Positions 25,262 through 32,000 of a stretch of DNA of 32,000 bases are shown one piece after another. The stretch comes from Marinobacter sp. HL-58 (GTDB taxonomy: Bacteria > Pseudomonadota > Gammaproteobacteria > Pseudomonadales > Oleiphilaceae), in the NCBI RefSeq assembly GCF_001314605.1, contig NZ_LIHP01000012.1, positions 24,080 through 56,079 of the forward strand, written 5' to 3'. Below the pieces are notes generated by a model that searched no databases, was not told where the DNA came from, and saw nothing but the letters and a program-made list of their open reading frames with translations. How positions within the stretch are numbered: position 1 is the stretch's first letter; every line of letters begins with the position of its first letter. A program made the position numbers and the translations under genes.

Positions 25262-26278
25262 ATGACATCATCAGCCTCGATACAACTGCATATAGCCAAT
25301 GCTATCCCGCCGGGAAACGAGAAAGAAACCAGTGATATTATCGCCCTGTGGCAGGAGGTCAGCGGTTTTTTCGCTGACAAGTCTTTTTCAAGCCGCAGCG
25401 ACTTCAGAGGCGACGTCCATGATTATCACGTCACCCTGGATGCCGGGCCATTGCTGAAGGCACTGGAGAACGCAAGAACCGAGTCAGGTTCTTTTACAGA
25501 GCATCAGCAAGCCTTCATCGACGATGCCGGCAAAATCATGGAGGGGGGGCTGATCATTACCATCGCCAGCGAAAAACAGGAACTGGCGGAAGAGGAAAGC
25601 TATCAGGTAGCAACAGCCTTTATTCAGCAACTGGTCATGGCTACCCACATTGCCTGCCCCGGTTCTTTTCAGATCCTAAATGCCCGGTTTCTTGGCGAAA
25701 ACGCGCACCTCTATGAAGCACAGCACTTTGACGCCAGGATATTTTACGGCGCCTACAAGACTGCCATTGAAAACGAGTGGCCAAAACTCCGGAATCTGGC
25801 TTTCGGTGAAGTCTGGAACTGGCTGGAGGGCACTGAAGTCAGCCAGACCTATACTGCGATCAAAAGCATCGACAAGAGCCTTTTCACTCTTCTCAAAGTG
25901 GCCGAGCAACGAAACGAGTACAGCGCCCGGACAGCCCTGCTGGTCATGTATCAGATAGAGGTTCTGCTCGACTGCCGGCAGTTCAACTCACTGGAGGATG
26001 TCCGGAACCGCACCCGGCTGGTGCTGGGCAATATTCCTGAGGCGGCAGACTGTCTCCAGGAATTGCACGAAGTGCGCAATCACCTGTTTACAGCCAATCA
26101 GCCTGTGCATCCACCAATGCTGATTTGCCACACCGCCGAAAGGGCTCTGAGAGAACAGCTGGGCCAGCACAACAGTGCTGTTGAATCCGGCACAGCGCTG
26201 GTATTGAAGCTGTTCCAGGACCTGGTAGCGCATGGCGCCTACCGTTACAGGTTTACCGAGAGCTTTACCCGGGATTGA
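25262..26278 (+). CDS. Uncharacterized 338-aa protein
   Basis: Long ORF 15 nt after gap with an AAAGGAG-like site; no family recognised with certainty. Confidence 0.75.
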   Translation: MTSSASIQLHIANAIPPGNEKETSDIIALWQEVSGFFADKSFSSRSDFRGDVHDYHVTLDAGPLLKALENARTESGSFTEHQQAFIDDAGKIMEGGLIITIASEKQELAEEESYQVATAFIQQLVMATHIACPGSFQILNARFLGENAHLYEAQHFDARIFYGAYKTAIENEWPKLRNLAFGEVWNWLEGTEVSQTYTAIKSIDKSLFTLLKVAEQRNEYSARTALLVMYQIEVLLDCRQFNSLEDVRNRTRLVLGNIPEAADCLQELHEVRNHLFTANQPVHPPMLICHTAERALREQLGQHNSAVESGTALVLKLFQDLVAHGAYRYRFTESFTRD

Positions 26279-26345
26279 GTCTCTGGCATCGCCATTCGGG
26301 ATGCCTGATCTTATAAGAGACCATTGTCGATAAGGAGCAGCTGAT

Positions 26346-27296
26346 ATCAACGCCATCGTTACTCTCTGCATAAAACCCGCAATCGATCTGTTTTGCGAAA
26401 CTGAGCGACTGGTCGACGACAGCAAGAGTCGGTGCCGGATTACGGCCCGCGAGCCCGGCGGTGGCGGTATCAATGTCGCCCGCAACCTCCACGGCATGGG
26501 GGCGGATGTCCTGGCCGTTTTCGCGGCCGGCGGAGAAAACGGCAGACACCTTCGGGAAATCCTGCAGCAGGAGGGAGTTCCCGTTCATTGCTTGGACATC
26601 GCCGACGACACCTGCCAGAACATCGGCCTTACTGAAGCATCCACCGGAAAGATGTACCACCTGGTATTTCCGGGACAGCAACTGAACGAATCCGAATGGC
26701 AAAACTGCCTTGATTTCCTGCATAACATCGATCCGGCGCCGGGTTATCTGGTGCTCAGCGGAAGCCTGCCCGAAGGCGCCCCCGATGATTTTTATGGCCG
26801 TATCGCTTTGGACGCCAGGAAGAGAGGCATCAGGACGATATTGGACACTTCCGGCAGGGCATTGGCTGCCCCACTCAAGACCGGCGTCTATCTGGCCAAG
26901 CTCAATTGTGGTGAGTTTGTTGACAGTGGTTATACCGGCAGCCTCGAGGACTACAAGAGCATGCTTGCCGCCATGGCTGAAATGGTGGCAGACGGCATGG
27001 CCGAGGCACTCATTGTCACCCTGGATGCAGACGGCGCTTTACTGGCAACCCGCGCCGGCGACAGGCTCCATGTGCGGCCGCCAAAAACAGAAGTGGCAAG
27101 CCATGTGGGAGCGGGGGACAGTTTTGTTTCGGTGCTTGTATACAAGTTGCACCGGGGGAAGTCGCTGGTGGAAGCTTATCAATACGGTGTGGCAGCAGCA
27201 GCGGCCAAGGTGCAGATACCGGGCAATCACCTCAGCAACTTGGCGCTGGTTGAGGATATCTATCGACAGATAGAAAGCCAAACCGAAGATGAATGA
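26346..27296 (+). CDS. pfkB: PfkB-family 6-phosphofructokinase/1-phosphofructokinase-like kinase; apparent non-canonical start
   Basis: Frame from 26346 encodes INAIVTLCIKPAIDLFCETERLVDDSKSRCRITAREPGGGGINVARNLHGMG...; C-terminal VGAGDSFVS. First ATG is at 26496, after the conserved GGGG(I)NVAR motif. Confidence 0.88.
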   Translation: MNAIVTLCIKPAIDLFCETERLVDDSKSRCRITAREPGGGGINVARNLHGMGADVLAVFAAGGENGRHLREILQQEGVPVHCLDIADDTCQNIGLTEASTGKMYHLVFPGQQLNESEWQNCLDFLHNIDPAPGYLVLSGSLPEGAPDDFYGRIALDARKRGIRTILDTSGRALAAPLKTGVYLAKLNCGEFVDSGYTGSLEDYKSMLAAMAEMVADGMAEALIVTLDADGALLATRAGDRLHVRPPKTEVASHVGAGDSFVSVLVYKLHRGKSLVEAYQYGVAAAAAKVQIPGNHLSNLALVEDIYRQIESQTEDE

Positions 27297-29966
27297 CATG
27301 AAAAACATGTCAACCGAACTGATTGCCACCTACCGTCTGCAACTTCGTCCCCAGTTCAGACTGAAACACGCCGCCCGGGTTGTACCCTACCTGGCCCGGC
27401 TTGGTATAAGTCACGTCTATCTCTCTCCCTGTCTACAGTCAGTCAGAGGCAGTGAGCACGGATATGATGTAACTGATCCCACTCGGGTAGACGTTGAGCT
27501 CGGCGGAGAGGCGGGTCGCCTGCACCTGTGTTCTGTACTTGAGAAATGGAACATGAACCTGGTGCTGGACATTATTCCCGAGCATATGGCCATTGCCGGT
27601 GACCAGAATCCCTGGTGGTGGGATGTCCTCAAGAACGGCCCCTCAAGCCGCTTTGCCCGGTTCTTTGACGTGGACTGGATGGCATCGGAAGAGCGCTGGC
27701 CCAATAAAGTCATGCTGCCATTACTGGGCGATCACTACGGGCGAATCCTTGAAGCAAAGGAACTGCAGCTGGAACAGCGGAATGGCATGTTCACACTCCA
27801 TTACCATGAACATTCTTTTCCTCTGGACCCTTCGAGCCTGGGGGCGTTGCTGGGCGCCGCCGGCAAGCAGGCCGGCTCGGAACTTCTGGAGTTTATTGCC
27901 GAGTCCTGCAACCGTCTCCCCCGTCCCGACGTCCGTAATCCGGGCCTTGCCCAGCGCCGCTATCGCGACGAGCAGGTCATCATGCAGTTGCTTACCCGCC
28001 TCTGTATCGAGGATATAGATACGACAGCCGCCCTGGATGCCGAGGTGACCCGCTACAATACGGACCCTGACCTGCTGGACGGACTGCTCGACAGACAGAA
28101 TTACCGCCTGGCCTTCTGGCGTGCCGCGCGACATGACCTCGGTTACCGGCGTTTCTTCGATATCAACGAACTCGCCGGTCTGCGGATGGAAGATGAAGAG
28201 GTATTTCAGGCCGTACACACCCTCCCCCTCACCTGGGTGAAACAGGGTACGGTACAGGGCCTTCGTATTGACCATCCCGATGGGCTGCGGGATCCCGGTC
28301 AGTACTTTCATCGCCTGCGGCAGAGCTGTCCGGACACCTGGATCGTGGCGGAAAAATTCTCGGGCGAAGCGAAAGCCTGCCCGCCGACTGGCCGATTGAT
28401 GGCACCACCGGGTATGACTTTCTCAATCTGGTTGGCGGACTGTTTGTAGATCCCCGAGCGGAGCAGCATCTGACCCGGCTGTTCAGGGAAGTAGCCGACG
28501 ACTCCGCTGACTTCCCCGGCCTGGTTCTCGACTGCAAGGAACAGATCCTCCGGGAATCGCTGGCAAGTGAGCTGAATCGGCTTACGTCTCTGTTTACAGA
28601 CATTTGTGAGCGGCACCGTCGCCACCGGGACTATACCCGTGACCAACTCTACCGGGCGCTGCTGGCGGTGGCCACCTGCTTTCCCGTGTACCGCACCTAT
28701 GTGAGCAGTGGAAACGGGAGCGTATCGGATGCAGACCGACGCTATATACTCAAGGCGGTCGAACAAGCACGCGCCCGTCAACCGGAGATAGACCCGGAAC
28801 TTTTTTCCTTCCTCCACGAGCTGCTTCTACTGCAACATTCCGGTGATCTGGAAGCCGAGCTGGCCCTGCGATTCCAGCAACTGACAGGCCCCGCCATGGC
28901 CAAAGGTATGGAAGACACCGCCTTCTACCGGCATTTCCGGCTGGTGAGCCTCAACGAGGTGGGCGGTGACCCGAGCCATTTTGGCGTCACTCCGGCCGAG
29001 TTCCACAATGCCTGCCAGCAGGCACTGAGCAGCCACCCGAGGACAATGCTGGCGACGGCCACCCATGACACCAAACGGAGCGAAGACGTACGCGCCCGCC
29101 TGATGTTGCTGTCGGAGATCCCCGTGCAATGGGGCGAGGCCGTGCACCGCTGGATGCACCACAACCGACGACATCGCCGCCAGGGCCTTCCCGATCCGGC
29201 CATTGAATACCTGATCTACCAGACGCTGGTCGGTGCCTGGCCGATCAGTACCAGCCGCATGTGCCTCTACATGGAAAAGGCCGTACGCGAGGCCAAGAAA
29301 CATACCTCGTGGACCTGCCCGCAGGCGGACTATGAATCGGCGGTGCAGGATTTTGTTGAGTCGATCCTCGCGGACAAGGCCTTTTGTACTGACCTTGAGG
29401 ATTTTCTGGCACCACTGCAAAGCGCCGGGCGGATCAACAGCCTGGCTCAGACCCTGCTCAAATGCACCGCACCCGGGGTACCCGACATCTACCAGGGTAC
29501 CGAGCTGTGGGAGCACAGCCTGGTAGACCCGGACAACCGCCGGCCAGTAGATTTCGAGACTCGCACCGCGCTGCTGTCGGAACTGCCGGACCTGGATTGC
29601 GAACAGATCATGGCCCGCACCGATGTCGGCCTGCCCAAGCTGTGGCTCGTTCACCAGGCACTGCATCTGCGGCACCGGTGTCCGCAGGCTTTCGGTGCCA
29701 ACGGCGAATACACTCCCATTGAGGCTACCGGCAGCAAGGCCAATCATGTCATCGCCTTTTTACGGGGGAACAACGCTCTGACACTGGTACCCCGCCTGGT
29801 TATCGGGCTCGGTAATGACTGGGACAGCACTCATATCCGGGTGCCTGCCGGTCACTGGCGCAATCTGCTGACGGGAGAAACCGTTGAAGGGGGTAGTGTT
29901 CCTGTTGCCAGGCTACTGGCCCGGTTTCCGGTGGCCCTGCTCAGCCAGGCGGAGCCGGAACTGTGA
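27289..29966 (+). CDS. treY: Malto-oligosyltrehalose synthase, interrupted by a -1 frame change at about 28352-28356
   Basis: ORF 27289..28449 has N-terminal TreY (ATYRLQLRPQF...AGDQNPWWWDVL), ORF 28668..29966 the C-terminal part; the second frame is open back to 28356 and gives ILGRSESLPADWPIDGTTGYDFLNLVGGLFVDP. Confidence 0.88.
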
Positions 29967-31681
29967 ACCTTCGCGTATGGGCGCCCAACGCCCGCCGGGT
30001 CGAGGCGGAACTCGCCGGCATCCGCAAGCCAATGCAACCTGCAAATGGCGGCTGGTGGCAACTGCAAACCACCTTGAGCCACGGCACAGACTATGCCTTC
30101 CTGCTGGACGGTGAAGGGCCTTTTCCGGACCCACGTTCCCCCTGGCAACCTCAGGGCGTGCATGGCCCCTCCCGCCATGTAGACCACCGGCGTTTTGCCT
30201 GGAAGGATAGCGGCTGGCGCGCACCACCACTTGCTGCGGCCGTTATCCAGGAGATCCACATCGGCACCTTTACCCCTGAAGGCACCTTCGATGGTGCCAT
30301 CGGGCGCCTGGATCACCTGATTGACCTGGGCATTACCCACGTCGAGCTGATGCCGGTGGCGGAATTCCCCGGCGATCGCGGCTGGGGCTACGACGGTGTT
30401 GACCTGTACGCTCCCCACCGGGCCTACGGCGGCCCCGAGGGCTTCAAGCGCCTGGTGGACGCCTGTCACCGCAAGGGGCTGGCGGTGCTGCTGGATGTGG
30501 TCTATAACCACCTGGGCCCGGACGGTAATTACCTGGCCCGCTTTGGCCCCTACTTCACCGATGCCTACACGACTCCCTGGGGGGATGCCGTCAACCTGGA
30601 CCGGGCCGGCAGTGATCAGGTCCGCGACTTCCTGATTGACAATGCGCTCATGTGGCTGCGGGACTACCATGTTGACGGGCTGCGCATAGACGCCGTCCAC
30701 GCCATCTTCGACAGGTCGGCTCTGCATTTCCTTGAAGAACTCCAGCAGGCAGTAACGGCACTGGAAGCACAACTGGGACGACACCTGGTATTGATCGCCG
30801 AGAACGACCTCAACGATCCGCGGCTCCTGCACCCGCCCGGTGCCGGTGGCTACGGCCTGGACGCCATGTGGAACGAGGACTTTCACCATGCCCTGCACAG
30901 CCTGCTGACTGGCGAAAGGCACGGCTACTACCAGGATTTCGGCCCCATTGCCGACCTGGCCAGGACACTGTCCGGAGCACTGGTCTACGATGGCCGCTAT
31001 TCCCGATACCGTCAGCTGCGGCACGGGCGACCTGCCACCGGGCTGTCAGGGCGCAGCTTTATCGGCTTCCTGCAGAATCATGACCAGACAGGCAACCGGC
31101 CCCACGGTGAGCGTAGTGCTCACCTTCTTTCAGAGGAGTTGCTCCGTATAGGTGCGGCACTGGTACTGACGGCCCCCTTTGTGCCCCTGTTGTTCCAGGG
31201 AGAGGAGTGGGGCGCAAGTACACCTTTTCAGTACTTTACCGACCACCAGGACGCGGAGCTGGCACAAAAAGTGCAGGAGGGCCGGCGCAAAGATTTTGCG
31301 GCTGCAGGCACCACCAGTATTCCCGATCCCCAGGCCCCGGACACCTTTGCACGTTGCCGCCTGAACTGGCAGGAACAGGAGCATCCGCGCCATGCCGGCC
31401 TGCTCGCCTGGCACAAGGCACTGATTCATTTACGTCGCACCATACCGGCACTGAGCAACGATCGTTTCGACAATATTAAAGTCAGCTTTGATGAGGGTGC
31501 CCGCTGGCTGCTTCTGGAACGGTCAGGGGTCATCATTGCCTGTAACCTGAATCAGGCCGGACAGAGAATCCATCATCGGGGGCTGAAGTCTGCACAGCTG
31601 TTGCTCGCTTCCCGGAACGGAGTGGTAGTAGAGGACGAAGACATTATTCTGCCGGGTGAATCCGTAGCGATTTTGGGATAA
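29963..31681 (+). CDS. treZ: Malto-oligosyltrehalose trehalohydrolase
   Basis: 572 aa GH13: EIHIGTFTPEGTFDGAI, DVVYNHLGPDGNY, GLRIDAVHAI, LIAENDLNDPR, FLQNHDQTGNRP; GTG start in a 4-nt overlap with treY. Confidence 0.94.
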   Translation: MNLRVWAPNARRVEAELAGIRKPMQPANGGWWQLQTTLSHGTDYAFLLDGEGPFPDPRSPWQPQGVHGPSRHVDHRRFAWKDSGWRAPPLAAAVIQEIHIGTFTPEGTFDGAIGRLDHLIDLGITHVELMPVAEFPGDRGWGYDGVDLYAPHRAYGGPEGFKRLVDACHRKGLAVLLDVVYNHLGPDGNYLARFGPYFTDAYTTPWGDAVNLDRAGSDQVRDFLIDNALMWLRDYHVDGLRIDAVHAIFDRSALHFLEELQQAVTALEAQLGRHLVLIAENDLNDPRLLHPPGAGGYGLDAMWNEDFHHALHSLLTGERHGYYQDFGPIADLARTLSGALVYDGRYSRYRQLRHGRPATGLSGRSFIGFLQNHDQTGNRPHGERSAHLLSEELLRIGAALVLTAPFVPLLFQGEEWGASTPFQYFTDHQDAELAQKVQEGRRKDFAAAGTTSIPDPQAPDTFARCRLNWQEQEHPRHAGLLAWHKALIHLRRTIPALSNDRFDNIKVSFDEGARWLLLERSGVIIACNLNQAGQRIHHRGLKSAQLLLASRNGVVVEDEDIILPGESVAILG

Positions 31682-31711
31682 ACCCATCATAAACCGCACA
31701 GGGAGAGAATC

Positions 31712-32000
31712 ATGATCCGGGAAGCGACCACGACCATGGCACCCTTTATCATCAAGGACTGTGCCCTTATTGCCCTGGCCACGGGGAAGAGGGTGCAGAA
31801 TCTCAAGGAACTGCGGGATCACCTGGAAGTGGTTCCTCATAGCAGCCTCTATTACCATTTCTGGGGCGGCCTTCTGCACCCGGGTTTTGAGGAACGGGAA
31901 TATGGCAACGATCTCGGGGAGTGGGCCAAACATGGCCTCCACGATGCCAGCCTGGCGGAGAGACTCGCCGTCATCGATCCCTCCAGTTTCGACGACACGG
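31712..32000 (+). CDS. DUF5752-like protein, N-terminal part, continues beyond window
   Basis: Open frame MIREATTTMAPFIIKDCALIALATGKRVQNLKELRDHLEVVPHSSLYYHFWGGLLHPGFEEREYGNDLGEWAKHGLHDASLAERLAVIDPSSF; GGGAGAG upstream. Family name from memory. Confidence 0.7.
   Translation, partial: MIREATTTMAPFIIKDCALIALATGKRVQNLKELRDHLEVVPHSSLYYHFWGGLLHPGFEEREYGNDLGEWAKHGLHDASLAERLAVIDPSSFDDT

Noticed and set aside
1-32000. CRISPR arrays, tRNA/rRNA genes, IS elements, prophage or toxin-antitoxin loci
   Set aside because: No regularly spaced direct repeats, transposase/integrase-like ORFs or RNA gene signatures noticed; nearly all sequence is explained by metabolic or stress genes.

Overview
The window is a dense metabolic/stress island from a Gram-negative, probably gammaproteobacterial, genome. 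I saw no mobile element, CRISPR array or RNA gene. Contents in order: tadA (-, off the left edge); phasin + phaC (+); Hsp20 and a zinc-ribbon ORF (+); a long minus-strand run (from 5' to 3' on the minus strand: LigD-type phosphoesterase, LigD-type polymerase/primase, beta-PGM-like/trehalose-phosphatase fusion, GH65 phosphorylase-like enzyme, PEP synthase, P2-type cation ATPase, GlgB); then on the plus strand a BRCT-less NAD+-dependent DNA ligase, a PCMT/erythromycin-esterase-like fusion, GH57, malQ, gap, an unknown 338-aa protein, pfkB, treY (interrupted by a -1 frame change), treZ and a DUF5752-like ORF (off the right edge). The main result is five FNR/ANR-type dyads (TTGAY-N4-RTCAA), each in an intergenic region upstream of a transcription unit. 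Together with the gene content (Hsp20, PfkB, SERCA-like ATPase, OtsB1-like parts, erythromycin-esterase-like protein), this suggests an oxygen-limitation island functionally reminiscent of the mycobacterial DosR regulon. Its most novel-looking part is a possible dismantled end-joining/repair module: stand-alone LigD PE and POL proteins divergent from an NAD+-dependent ligase lacking BRCT, with one ANR-like box between them. Two genes have sequence anomalies: pfkB has no ATG/GTG/TTG start that includes its conserved N-terminus, and treY changes frame at an A5 run.
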